Shown here one piece after another: positions 1 to 12,922 of a DNA stretch of 64,000 nucleotides. The notes beneath the pieces are model-generated. The model saw only the letters and a program-made list of their open reading frames with translations, did not search any database and had not been told where the DNA came from. Made by a program: the position numbers and the translations under genes. The number at the start of each line of letters is the position of its first letter. The stretch's first letter is position 1. The stretch lies in the NCBI GenBank assembly GCA_054600435.1, contig BAAIJX010000002.1:496001-560000 (forward strand). The letters are read 5' to 3'. This stretch comes from Neophaeotheca triangularis. Lineage: Eukaryota.

Positions 1-2
1 GC

Positions 3-506
3 CGGGTAGTAACACAGATATCCGAGTTCGAGAGACTTCTTCGTTCAAACGTGCCACACCAAGGCGGGCCTTCGTCGGAGTCCTCCACTCAAGCCTGGGA
101 GGACCAGGAAGAGGACAAACCCGAAGATCCAACCAAAGGCTTGAAGGCTCTATTGGATACTTTGTCGGTACTCGTCGGGTCCCTGGAGAACGACTTGAAA
201 CACGTTCATGAAAGGCGTTGGAATCTGCTCATCGCAGCGATAGGTGCGGAATTGGAGGCACTTCGTCAGGGGCAGAGCATCTTGGAAGGTTTGGTGGGCA
301 ATGCAAGAACGCAACATATTTCACACGACGATCAGGGTGTAGGCGATGGCGGCGATAGGAAGGCCCAAGGCGAGGAGATCCATAGCATGGACCAGGGGTT
401 TGCACCGTCGAAGAGACAACCTTCGAGCCAGGCGACATCTGACACAGACGAAGATGCCCCCCCTGAAGAGCTTCTGTTCTCGAAGCACGCAGTAGATACA
501 GATTGA
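3..506 (+). CDS. 3' end of a hypothetical protein (runs off the left edge of the window)
   Basis: The frame of ORF 51..506 is open back to position 3 (RVVTQISEFERLLRSNV...). Amphipathic helical segment followed by an acidic disordered tail. No family recognised. Confidence 0.55.
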   Translation, partial: RVVTQISEFERLLRSNVPHQGGPSSESSTQAWEDQEEDKPEDPTKGLKALLDTLSVLVGSLENDLKHVHERRWNLLIAAIGAELEALRQGQSILEGLVGNARTQHISHDDQGVGDGGDRKAQGEEIHSMDQGFAPSKRQPSSQATSDTDEDAPPEELLFSKHAVDTD

Positions 507-860
507 GTATGTGATCCGCGTCGCTGCCAATTAGAGAGGATATGATGCCCTGTGAGCTCGTTTGCGGTTCAAAAGTTGTCTGGCGAGGCAACCAGGAGGC
601 TGTTCTGTTCTGCGAAGTTGACCATGCGGCACAACACGGAATCGGCGACTTTGCCGTGACCCGCAGCCTGCATGTCATGTACAATATGATGTCGGGTGCT
701 TTTACTTGCCGAGGATCCGTCGCGGAACATCAACAAGCCCTTAGCACGGACGCCTTGAATGTTGCCAAGCACGAGAAAGCTTCTTCGCGAACATGATTAT
801 CTCCAACCTCCACTTCTTCTCAGTGCCTCTTCGCATCCATCCCTACAACCTAAAGAAGCC

Positions 861-892
861 CAGCAGCAGCAGCAGCAGCAATAATAATAATA
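861..892. repeat. Compound microsatellite (CAG)n(AAT)n directly upstream of the ATG at 893
   Basis: cagcagcagcagcagcagcaataataataata read directly. Confidence 0.85.
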
Positions 893-1582
893 ATGCATTT
901 CTTTACCATCCTCTCCGGCTTCGCAACTGCCGCGCTTGCCCAAAACATCAGCTTCGAGCCAGGCACCGGCACCAGGTCCCTATGGGTATGCGCTAAATGG
1001 AGGAGCATGACCAACCAAAACACCAGGCTTGTCTGACGAGCAATTTGTAGATCCCCTTCAAGACTGCCACGAACCTGGAGGCTTCCATCTTGAATAACGT
1101 GAGTCTCGGATGGACAGACACATCACATACTCGACCTATTACTAACTTTCCACGCAAAAGTCTGGGGACAAGAACAACCAAACAACCTATGTGGTGTCTT
1201 GCGCCACTCCAGCGCCGCAGTGCGACATTGGGCCCAACCTCACCCTTACCCAAGGCCCTACCACCGCCATGTACAGGACCGAGAACGCAGCCGGGTGAGT
1301 ATTACGGGCGCACTTCCAATATCACGCGCGATTGTGCCGACTAACACCGTCCTCAGCTGGGCCGACCTCAGATGTAGCATGAACGGCACCGAGTCTGCCG
1401 TCTGCAAGAACTTGGCGACCGATTCCTCCACAAACTTTTTCGAGCGCCGCACCACTACGCTGACGGAGAAGCAGCCCTATGTGGCTGTGCACGTGACTGC
1501 CACCATGGACGATGGAGACGACGAGACCCCTGCGACTGCGAGCGCGAGCGCGACTGCAGAGCCCACCGAGACCGACGACTAG
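893..1582 (+). CDS. Small secreted Cys/Thr-rich protein (166 aa, 4 exons), cell-wall-protein-like
   Basis: Exons 893-985, 1051-1098, 1161-1294, 1357-1582. Three GT-AG introns with CTGAC/CTAAC branch points give one continuous frame. Signal peptide MHFFTILSGFATAALA, 4 Cys, several N-glycosylation sequons, acidic Thr/Ala tail. Confidence 0.85.
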
Positions 1583-1916
1583 GACTTCCACTGATTCGAC
1601 TTGAGAAATGAGTGGAGCGAAGACCTGACCACTCGGTATCTGTTGGAGGTTGGAAGCTTGCACGACTTTCGCGTGGCAAAGTGTATGGAGGATTCCTGGC
1701 GTTTTAATGTAGCTCTCAATTACCCGAAAAGACGCAACCTTGGCTTTTCTGGCACATAAATACAAATACAACTTTTCGAATCTCCTATCATTGTCTTGTC
1801 TTGTCTCCTTGGATCACTTGCAAGTTGATCGCTGGGTATCTCGCTACTCTATACAGGCGTGTAGAATCACTACGAAGGCACCATACAAACCTATCCCAAC
1901 TCAGCAGCCACCTCAG

Positions 1917-4538
1917 CTATGACCTGCCGTGCTCAATCTCGGACGGCCGTTCCACCAAAACAACCTCTACCGGCCCCTTCTCATCATTTCGGCTCGCCAT
2001 GGGCACGATACCGAGGATCGGCCGGTACTTGAAAACCGTCGAGCATCTTTCTTCGAGACTCTTAGCCGCCGGTACCAGACCGCCCTCACTATCCTTGCGC
2101 TCTGATCTGACAAGTGCCAAGCCCCGCTGCTCCGTTTCATCCTCCTCAGCCCCTACACCATCAGGCAGGACCTCCTTGTCGCCTGTTCCATTCGTCATGC
2201 TGTCTTTTCGCTTCTTGCCCTTGCCGCCCTCGATGTGATCGTCTGCCTTTCGTTTCTTCAGAGTCGCTGCCGAAGAAGACTCTCCAAAATCGCTGCTTAC
2301 GTCGAGCGCACAAAGCCAGCTGCTCCCGTAGAGCCAGACTCGGTCACGGGCCCCACTGACGTCCCAAATCGCTCCCATGGCTCGGTCTTGAAGGGCAGTG
2401 AATCGCTCGGGTAAAGCCGCCGTTGGGTTCCTTCTGCTCCATTCGGTCAATCGGCCAAGCAGGATGTCGAACTCGTACACATGGTGTTGGCCAGTCAACG
2501 CGAAAAGCCTGTGGCTTCCCTGTGGAAGCTCGTGGGAGTGTGCATGGGGGTTGTGTCGTGTCGCATGAACACCAGGATTCCCATTGGTCACCCCATTCTC
2601 TAGTGCAAATTGTGTGCTGTGGTTCGGACGGAATGAAAGAACGAGAGGTGCGGAGTCCAGTTTGGGTAGAAGGTGGCCTGATGGGTTATCCGCCCAGTGT
2701 TGGCCATAGAAGATGACGTTCTCCTCGTCCTCGTCATCAGAACTGTCTGAGCTGCTGTCCTGGTCGGAGTCTCCACCCGATGAACGTGAGTTAGCGTCGT
2801 GGGTCGTTGTGTCGATGGCGGGTGCAGTCAGATCTTCGTGACCTTCCAGAACCCAGGAGTCAAGGCACCCTGACAAGTCGCTGGCTACGAGCACGGAGCT
2901 GTCATCGGCGAAGGCGAGCCGGGATATGGTACGGTCGTAGTGCTTGAACCCCGTCTGGTACGGAGCCTTGTGATGCCGGCGGTCAAGCTCGATGGCTTTG
3001 CCGAGTACTTCGAGATGTTTGGGTCGAGCGGCGGAGCTTTGTAAACGTGCTATGCGGACTTCGCTGTCGGGAGTTACGGCCGCCAGCCATTTCCCATTTG
3101 GGGAGAAGGCAAGCAGTCGTGCGCCGTCGGAACGCAAATCGTCAGGCACGGCCAGCTTTCGGACAGCCAAAGAGCCACTGTCGGGTCGTCGACGCAGTTG
3201 AAAAACACGGACTTCTTCATTGGTGCACGCCGCAAGCGTTGTTCCGTCCCCGGATATTGCCACGCTTGCGACGGTCTCAATGGTATCCAATACGATCTTT
3301 GCAATCAGTTCTCGAGGCTTCTGCTCCACTTCGGGAAGATCACATTCCCCTAGATCAGCAATACGCCAAATGGAAATGCTGTGTTCCCACCAGCTGACGA
3401 GTAGGCGAGCATTGGGCGCGCTCGTGACGGGGGAGATATGAGGTAGCCGGGGTAGATGTCTGATTTGATCCTGGCCGTAATTCCGCAGAGGTGTAACAAC
3501 CGGCGCAACATCGTCACCCCCTGAGACAACAACGCTCATGCCCTTGCTGTCGAACGCAGCTATAGCTTTCGCTTCGCCCGTATGTATCTTGCGGTGAGAC
3601 AGCTTCGCCCAGCTTGGTCTACCACCTTGATGATTGGCTTGCCTGAATCGTGCCATCTTGCCGTTCATTCCGGCAGCAAAGACAGTCTTGCCATCGTTGC
3701 TGACGGCCAGGTCCAGCATCTCTGTATCAAACCCCACCACGCGCTGTAGCATAGAGTAGTGACGTCCATCCCAGAACCGTACTTCGCCATTCGAATCTGC
3801 TGAAACTATGTCGCCGTTCGGCAGGGCCTTGACCGACCATACGTGAATATTTTTCGGTGCGCCGGGTAGTCCAGCACCGAGGCTCATGTTTCTCAACAAA
3901 GAGCCGTTCCTGGTGTCGTACACCCTGATCATACTGTCTTGGTACCCAGCAATCACGGTATTGCGGTTTTGGTACGCAATTGACATGCAACCAGACTTCT
4001 TGCCGCTAACACGGGCAAGGAAGCGCGTGAACTGCAGATCGTTGTCCGCCGTTGATAGCTGCACAAGCGTACCATCGGCACAACCAGCAACGATATCCTG
4101 TGGTGGCGCCTCTTCCATCCCTTGCTGCGGCTGCTGCTTCAATCTAGGCTGGGCTGCAAAGCACCATACCTCGCTGAAGTTCCCCGTTGACGTCCGCGCG
4201 ATCTGCCCCGTCGCAAGATTCCACTCGATTACTGCTGGTGAGGCAGCGATGCTGAAAAGGCGGTATTGGCCCATGATAGTTTTGCCGTCGGCATCCTTCT
4301 CGTCCGGCTCTTGAGTCCATTGCAAAGCATCAATGCTAGCGTTCGCACCGGCAAACGCCACCTCCTGCACCCAGTTGCCTTTTAAAGCGTTCCATAGTTC
4401 AATGCTGCCGTTTAGTCGACCTAGCGCAAGCCTGACGGGCTCACTAGGATGGTGACCGCTGTCGTTCGTTCGCGAGAAAGCGAGTGCTGTGATGGGGGAA
4501 GTCGGATAGGGTACGAAACGCGAACGATGAACGTCCAT
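1917..4538 (-). CDS. UTP4: U3 snoRNA-associated protein 4 (WD40, SSU processome t-UTP)
   Basis: 873-aa intronless ORF. N-terminus MDVHRSRFVPYPTSPITALAF, WD40 repeats (VSADSNGEVRFWD) and C-terminal VVLVERP are typical of Utp4/cirhin. Confidence 0.92.
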   Translation of the reverse strand: MDVHRSRFVPYPTSPITALAFSRTNDSGHHPSEPVRLALGRLNGSIELWNALKGNWVQEVAFAGANASIDALQWTQEPDEKDADGKTIMGQYRLFSIAASPAVIEWNLATGQIARTSTGNFSEVWCFAAQPRLKQQPQQGMEEAPPQDIVAGCADGTLVQLSTADNDLQFTRFLARVSGKKSGCMSIAYQNRNTVIAGYQDSMIRVYDTRNGSLLRNMSLGAGLPGAPKNIHVWSVKALPNGDIVSADSNGEVRFWDGRHYSMLQRVVGFDTEMLDLAVSNDGKTVFAAGMNGKMARFRQANHQGGRPSWAKLSHRKIHTGEAKAIAAFDSKGMSVVVSGGDDVAPVVTPLRNYGQDQIRHLPRLPHISPVTSAPNARLLVSWWEHSISIWRIADLGECDLPEVEQKPRELIAKIVLDTIETVASVAISGDGTTLAACTNEEVRVFQLRRRPDSGSLAVRKLAVPDDLRSDGARLLAFSPNGKWLAAVTPDSEVRIARLQSSAARPKHLEVLGKAIELDRRHHKAPYQTGFKHYDRTISRLAFADDSSVLVASDLSGCLDSWVLEGHEDLTAPAIDTTTHDANSRSSGGDSDQDSSSDSSDDEDEENVIFYGQHWADNPSGHLLPKLDSAPLVLSFRPNHSTQFALENGVTNGNPGVHATRHNPHAHSHELPQGSHRLFALTGQHHVYEFDILLGRLTEWSRRNPTAALPERFTALQDRAMGAIWDVSGARDRVWLYGSSWLCALDVSSDFGESSSAATLKKRKADDHIEGGKGKKRKDSMTNGTGDKEVLPDGVGAEEDETEQRGLALVRSERKDSEGGLVPAAKSLEERCSTVFKYRPILGIVPMASRNDEKGPVEVVLVERPSEIEHGRS

Positions 4539-4678
4539 GTTGAAGTGTCCTGCGAGTATCAGTTGTAGAGTGCGCCCGCCATTACTACCGGGTTCGAGTC
4601 TGCGATGTTGTGCCTGGCTAGTCGCAGGAGCACGTAGCAGTCTGAAGATTTGCTGGCTGGAGTTAAGGTTGTCTCAAT

Positions 4679-4704
4679 TGAAAGAAATCTTTAGATAAGA
4701 TAAG
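4679..4704. promoter_or_regulatory. Candidate ribosome-biogenesis regulon elements (RRPE-like plus tandem GATAAG) upstream of UTP4
   Basis: TGAAAGAAATCTTT followed by GATAAGATAAG about 140-165 bp upstream of the UTP4 ATG. Motif identity is inferred. Confidence 0.35.
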
Positions 4705-6202
4705 CTTTCGGGAAGAACTACCGAGCGCGCGAGCACACTTTAGGTTAGCTCGCTTTTTGGCTACAACGTGGCTCTGTATGTAGTAGTAGGGTTGGTTGCT
4801 GATGGCATGCTCACTCGGACTTTATTGACAGGTCGAGTAGCAGCATATAAGACCAGACAAGTCCTTGCCATTCAACTTTGCCCCTCGTTTTCTAGACAAT
4901 GCATATGTAGTAGACAATTCGGCGTTGACACTGGTCGCGAGGAGTATCCCATCAAAGCCAGGCAATCCGGTTGAACTTCTACTCGACGGCGAGAGCATCT
5001 CCATTCTAGAAACATTACCCGCTATATGTTGCGTGCCCTAAGCGCAGTTGCTGTCAGGCAATCATCCTTCAGCAGGTTCTCAATGACGGTCATCAAGAGC
5101 AAAAAGAAAACTCCACGCTGGGGTGTGCTGCCCCAACTGCGGAGCATGAGCGTGCCATTAAACACCAAGGAATTAGCATCGGGCTCCGACTTCAGGCAAT
5201 GTTCTTCGGTATTATCGCGGTGCTAGCGGCAGGTTGGCCTGTAGCATGCAGGAGTGCAGATGACCACTTTGCTGACAGCTTGTTTTTACGCGTTGACAGA
5301 CACCGCCCATTGACTGGCACTGCCGATTTGATCTTCTGTCTTTGCTGAGTCTTGCGATTAACAAATGGATGCGACGTGCTTTGCACGGCAGGGTTGAAGT
5401 CTATCGATACCGAAAGGGACCGGGAAGCTGAGAACACTGATGACGGGCAGCAAGAATGCTGCTCAGGATTGCGGCGACTTGTGGTGGGATGATGTGCAGT
5501 ACCAAGTGCTTGAGTACTAGTATGGCGAGTCTGATGTGCATCCTGCCGCAGGTGACCACGCACAATGATGCCTTCTTACAGCGTGGGGGTTCTTGACTTC
5601 TGAGACCTACTAGTCTTTACTGGTCTCCTTGGGCGGTGTGTCAATTGGTAGGTGTGCGCTGCCTCAACGGCGGGAATAGAAGACATGGTACTCAAGAGGA
5701 GACGAGTCAACTGAGAGTGTCTGCAGTCCACCTACACCATTGCCTTGAGGGGCAGGTGGCGCAGTGATGGGCTGTTCATGCCATCTGATTCTTGCTAATT
5801 TTCAGGCTGCATGGTTGCTCATAGCATTGACGTGAGGCGGCCGCTTTGGCGGGTGATAGGACGAGGGCATGATTGTCATTCTTGTCAGTAGTGCAGGCGG
5901 TCTATAATAACAAGGCGGCCATGGCCAATGCATGCAACGCGATTCGGTAGACGTCGTCGCCGTCTGTGCGCCCAAGTCGCTACCACCCCCACCAGGCGCC
6001 GTTTCTAGGTACCCAACAGTAAGTACTAGTACTTCCATGCTTGTACTTACTTATGAATGAGTTTGATATGCTGTCGTTAGCCTATCGCTCGCCTAGTAGT
6101 AGGCTAGTAGGAGGCTAGTAGGATGCTCTTCCATTCTCACCAGCACGCCAGCGGCCAGCCTCCCACCCGCCGTCTTCTCTCCGTCGCTGCCATCCACCAG
6201 CC

Positions 6203-6203
<1 letters not shown>

Positions 6204-6239
<36 letters not shown>
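6204..6239. repeat. (GAC)12 microsatellite
   Basis: Perfect trinucleotide run in intergenic/5' leader DNA. Confidence 0.95.
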
Positions 6240-6964
6240 TCGCTCACCGCCCTCCTGGGAGCTTCAAGGTTGCTTATGTATACCTACTGTACTACTACTA
6301 CCTAGAACTTGCAAACTCGTCAAGCTCGCTCGGCAAGCACCGTGAAAACCCCCACTTGCACGACTGCACGACCCTGCAGCTACAATTAAAGCGCATGCAA
6401 CCATGAGCCTCTGGATTGGCTAGACTGCCGCTAAATTTTCTGGAAATCTTTCTTTGGCCTCTTAACGTACGTGATATCTCGTTTCTTTGCTGCCCTCAAT
6501 CTCCACGAGGGCTGCCTACAGTACCCCTCCAGTGTTCAGAGTCGACTGCACGCCTGACGACAACGGCGGGTTCGCGGACCAAAGTGTCGTCTGTATAAGG
6601 TACTGTAAGTAGCACTGCGCCTCTTGCAAGCGTTTCCACATACGCGAAGCGCGTCGGCCCCCCGCGCAGACCTGATACCTACTATGTACTGTACCACCTT
6701 ATCAGGGTGCTGCTTCAATTGGTCTTGAACTTTCTGCTGACTCTGGATCAGTACACACTGCTCTATCAGACTGACTGCGACTATTTCTTCCAAAGCCCGA
6801 CGCCTCCTACTTCGTGTCTCATCTGTCTCGGTGTGCCTGAGACAAGCCGCCCCGTCGAGTCAACCGTTCGCATGACCGTCGGCCACTGTCCTCTGCTTCA
6901 CATCGTTTGACCAGATCGCAGACCACTTCGCGCTCATGTATGGTTATGAGGCCTATGCACTACG

Positions 6965-9535
6965 ATGGACTCGGAGGATGGACAAATATTCGTAAAGGCG
7001 GGTCTCGAAGCAATCCGGCATGGACCTGTTTCAAGCAGGAATCGCTGACTTGTGTGTCCACAGAATCTCGCACAATTCGTACGAACCCATGAACGAGCAC
7101 TTGCGAACGCCCTACAACTTCAGCGCCAACGTACTAAGAATGATCGGACCACGGTCAGCGCCGCGGACAGCACCGCAAGCGCTGCCTCATCGTCCACATC
7201 CATCACCCTCGCCGATGCCTTATCTCGACCCTATCTGTCCTTTACTTCTCACAGCGTAAAGCCGGCCAAGTTGACTCTCACTCCTCACCACCTTTTCTAC
7301 CTGCTCAGCAAATTTGAGGACCTGGGTGTCGATGTCGGACCAATGGGCGTCCGTCTTGAGAATTTGCACAGTGATGCTGCTCCAAGCAACTATGTGTCGT
7401 TTCTTGGCCACGCTCCCAAGTCAAAAGGAAGACAGGCGGATACCGAAAGTTTGAAGTCTGTTTCGAGCGTGCGTAGTGTGATGTCGGGCATGACTTCAAT
7501 GTGGTCACACTTGACGCTATCCAACAGCGCCGCAAAGGCAGAGAAACAAATGGCTCAACACCGTGAGGATATCAAGTACTTGTATTCGTGCTTTACCAAA
7601 ATACCGGCGCTGAAGCTAGCGCCGGACGGCAGAGCCAGGCTTATCTCGGGCTTCGAAGAGTTCCCGTTCGACACTGCAGTGCCATTGTTCTGCTTCAAAA
7701 ATTTGAGTGCGCTGGAGGTATGCGATATCGACTTCCGACAGTTCTTCGGCTGGGACAGACTGGCCGAGAACGTGCGTAGTCTCACCTTGAGACGCGCACA
7801 CGTAGACGATCCCATCGACATTCTATCCAACATTGTGCTCGACGACATGGACAGGCGAAGACGCAGGTCCTCCAAGCTAGCGGCACCACAAACACCATCC
7901 ACTCCAGGAGTACCCTGGCCACTGAACAGCCCCAAATCGAAGCATCCTGAGCTAGCAAGATCAGCTTCCACCCCCAACTCCCCAGCGAACGATCAGGCCA
8001 TAAGACGTGGCTCCGCAGACAGCCCGCAAAACATAATCCTGTCTCGGGCTGGTTCCTCAGAGGGGAAGAGAATCTCGGCTCACAAAGTACGGCAGCGGAG
8101 CATATCGCCTTCACGGCCTCTAAGCTCTAGACAGCAGTCAAGCTATCTTCAGCACAGAAGTGGAACGCCTAAGTTTAGAAGATCTTCTGGCAGCTCCGCA
8201 TCTAGTTCGCACGAAATGACACCCCGACACAGTACTTCCAACTTGCTGGCTTTTGGTGTCCTGCCTTCTTCAAAGTGGCGATTCTTGAGACATCTGAGCC
8301 TTGCTGAGAACGGTCTGACCCACTTGACAGCCTCCTCTCTCGCACCAGTAGCAGGTACTCTTCAGTCTCTTGACTTGTCCGGCAACCTTTTGACTGAGAT
8401 CCCGGACGCATTGGCGACTCTTACCCATCTGCGTGCGTTGAATTTGAGCAACTGCATGGTTGACAACTTGCAGTCCCTCGTGCGGAACCCGTTGCCCGCA
8501 ATCAATACTCTCAACCTCAGATCAAACAGGCTACTCTCCTTGATAGGCATTGAGCGCCTGCTCTCCCTCGAGCGACTGGACGTCCGTGACAACAAACTTC
8601 ATGATCCGACTGAGCTTGCTCGACTGACTGGTGTGCCTGACATTGCGGAGCTGTATGTAATCAAAAACCCGTTTACGAAAACCCACAGCAACTTCAGAGT
8701 GACAATCTTCAATCTCTTTCGGGCGGCACCCGGTCATCATGGAGATGTAACGATCGATGCAATGGGCCCAAGCTACAGCGAAAGAAAGCAACTAGTTGAT
8801 CGTGCGCCAGAGCTACCGAACGTGCCAGTTATGGGGCCCTCTCCGGAAGAAGGGAGCTCTCCCGCGCAATCACCTGCTGCTCCAGAATCAGAGCGGCCCT
8901 CTGCCCCAGGTCCTCAAGATAGCGCTTCGCACAGTGCTGTACAGCCGGCTATCGACCCTGTACCTCAAGGGACCCAGAAGCGGAGAAAGGTGCCACGCCG
9001 AAGGGTGGTAGAGCTTGCCCAAGCAGATTCGACGATGCAGCACCCTTCGACAGAGGTTCTAGACCCCGAATTAACAGAGCTGCCTCCTCCGCGAACGCCC
9101 GCGGAGACTCAAGAATCCATCGTGCCGGACACAACAGGCCATGCGGTCTTCCACACAGCGTGCACGAGCCAAGCTGCAGCCGAGAGCGACCCTCGGCAGC
9201 AGCAGCGCCCGACTATCAAGACAGTATTTACCTCGCCTACTCCGGCATCCCGTGTAGAGCCAGGCTCCTCAGACGACGGCGATGATAACGATGCCACAGG
9301 GAACTCACCTGTACGGACACATCAAGACGTTAGCTCACACAGCGATCTGTATAGACAAAAAATTGAGGCTCTCAGGAACGAGCTGGGGCCCAACTGGCTG
9401 ACGGCTTTGAACGACGATCACCTCGCAAGTCAGCAGACCCGCAATAGGAGCTTCAGCCCTGGTTCTAGAGACACAGCTGTACGGCCAGAAAGACCTGGGC
9501 GAGGTGTGAGTGTTGGTGGCCGCACTCTTGGTTGA
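6965..9535 (+). CDS. Leucine-rich repeat protein (nischarin/STK11IP-related fungal LRR family)
   Basis: Exon 1 6965-6997 (MDSEDGQIFVK) and exon 2 7064-9535. LRRs LRHLSLAENGL, LQSLDLSGNLL, LRALNLSNCMV, INTLNLRSNRL, LERLDVRDNKL. Acceptor gctgac...cacag at 7063. Confidence 0.85.
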
Positions 9536-11039
9536 TCGATTCTTTTACACTATGGAATTTTTCTCCAATATGTGGCGTTGCGATGGCGTTGCATACGGCG
9601 AAGAAAAGGCGTTGCAAGGAGCGAACTGTTTTCCTTTATTGGCCAGGGACAAGATGGCGTTAGATGTTCACTGCACGTCGTTCTTTGCATGGCGTTCTTG
9701 ATGCCGCATGGGCTGAGCGAGAAGTTCTTTTTTTCGTACAGCATTTGTGAGACGTCCTTCGATGGGACGAGGATATTTAGAAGCACTATTAGCGCGGCGC
9801 TGGGGTTGGGTTAGGTATTGCTAGGTAATTCTCCTAAATACATTTGTTGAGACAGGCAGAGTGAGATAGCCTTCAAGAGAGTGTGAATTCCAACGCAAAA
9901 GCAGGACAAGCGCGACGATTCTGTCTTGGACCAGCAAGAGGCCGGCCTGTACGCCGGAACCCAGAAGTGATAGATTGTAGGTGGTCCAATCTATGGGACC
10001 TGGAGTATGTATGTATTCACATATAATTATATGCCATGCGTGTACTGTACGTCTCGGCGAGCACGGATGGCCAGTGCCGAAGCGTAACTCCCTCAACCAT
10101 TCACGGGCAGCGGAAGCCCAGGTTCCATTGGCTGGTTGCTTGAGCAGCTGTCTCACGGCGCGATATCTCCATGAGTGACGAAGGTGTTGATGAGAACAGC
10201 CCAGGGCAAAAGGCCATGCCCGCGTGTTGGCAATTGATTGACTAGGTGGTCGTAATACCCAAGTACCTAAGTAATGAGATATCAAAATACGTGGGGTGGG
10301 ATTGATGGTTATTGATTGAAAAGCAAACGCAACCTTGGTCGGGCAGCGGCTTCTCCCAGCTTAGCCTTACCCTTCTTGGTTACTGGCAACTGCCTGGTCT
10401 GGCTGAAACGCTGCAAAACTCGTCCGCCGAGCCCCAAGCCGCGTTCCTCCAAACATCACTTCACACCACTCACTGCAACCACCACTACTTCAAACCACCA
10501 TCTCATCCAGCACGACGACTGCCACCATTATCACCGACAACTCACACTTACCTTCACCGAATTGCCGGCCCATTGCCAACCCAGCTACCCATTACAGCCC
10601 CAACTTCTGTGGTCCGTAGCAATACCCTGACCGCGCCCATTGCCCGCCCGCTCGACCGCCTGCCGTTGCGTCTGTCAAGATACGTGCGCCGCCCCACTCG
10701 CCCTGAGCATCTTGAACCCAGCGGTGAAAACAACACTGCAATACGCGCTCAAGCCGTCTCAAACCACCCATTCGCCTCTATACACCGCGATCGCGCTTCA
10801 TTGCAAGCCTTGGTCAAGAGCATCATACCAAGACAGAGCATAACCCGCCGAGCACAAAACAAAGGTCCAAACAGGGCGAAATCGCGTATTTACGCTTGCT
10901 TGTAGGCATCACAGAGGCGCGACCTCACTTGCACAGCGATCTACAGCAACGACCGCAGGCTAGGCGCATACCCAAAGGAGACCGAAGCGCATACATCCGC
11001 CCTTTTCCTCAGAGCCCTCGCGCTCGCACCACTCTTTTG

Positions 11040-11269
11040 GTAAGTGTCGTTACATCTTTGCAACTCTGGACTGCCATCACGTGAGCTAGCGCTATACAAG
11101 TGCCTGTGTTCCCGCCATTGCAAGGCCTTGTGCTGTACGGCGACAGCTACAAGGTGAAGGCGAGGTAGAGGCCGACTGGGCGCCAAGCCTAGCACGGAAG
11201 CGACCAGATCTAGCCAAACTCCAGTGCGTCTCTATGGTAGAGCATCGCTAACGAGTCTGTCTTCTTCAG
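11040..11269 (+). other. Probable 5'-UTR intron of the PP1 gene
   Basis: GTAAGT donor at 11040, GCTAAC branch point, pyrimidine tract and CAG acceptor at 11269, 86 nt before the PP1 ATG. Confidence 0.7.
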
Positions 11270-11355
11270 TGACGCCCCTACCGCATTCCTCTTAATCCCA
11301 AGCGCACCGAGAAGTACCCAGGACAACCTACAGCGAACCTTTCTCAACCGCTCTC

Positions 11356-12458
<1,103 letters not shown>

Positions 12459-12922
12459 ATGGCTTCCCACGGGACCGGGACGGTGACTTACTCGGACAAT
12501 GCTAATACAACGTGTGGGAATAGCAAGCCGATCATCCTTGGCATGGGAGAGCTCACCACCGAGGGCGACAACGACAACAAGGATGATTGAGGAACGAAGC
12601 AACCTGTGCGCCAACACTTGAACGTGCGAAACTTCAACCAAACTCGGATTGCAGGGATGCGATGCTATCAAGCGAAAGAGAGCGGGGTTGTACGATTTGC
12701 ATGAGACTCTTTAGGGCCAAACAATCATTCGCGAGGCCGGTTGCATGGTGAGAGAGAGCTTCTTGCTTGCGTATACGGACGGGTTTAGACGCTTGGAGCA
12801 TACGCGCTTTGGCGTCTGCGCGAGCTTCGATGCAGTCGCGCCTTTTCACTACTACGTAATTCTCCAAATGCTGCCGACATCTGCTTCGCCCTCGTGGCAC
12901 AAACCCGCGTGCTACTGGACTC

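Noticed and set aside
4588..4605. GGTTCGAGTC resembling a tRNA T-loop/B-box
   Set aside because: No T-stem, acceptor stem or A-box can be formed around it.
4768..6000. Short ORFs between UTP4 and the LRR gene
   Set aside because: No recognisable domain or coherent exon chain. A degraded gene cannot be excluded.
10312..10905. 197-aa ORF upstream of PP1
   Set aside because: No ATG start. Openness is explained by the C/A-rich, T-poor leader composition.
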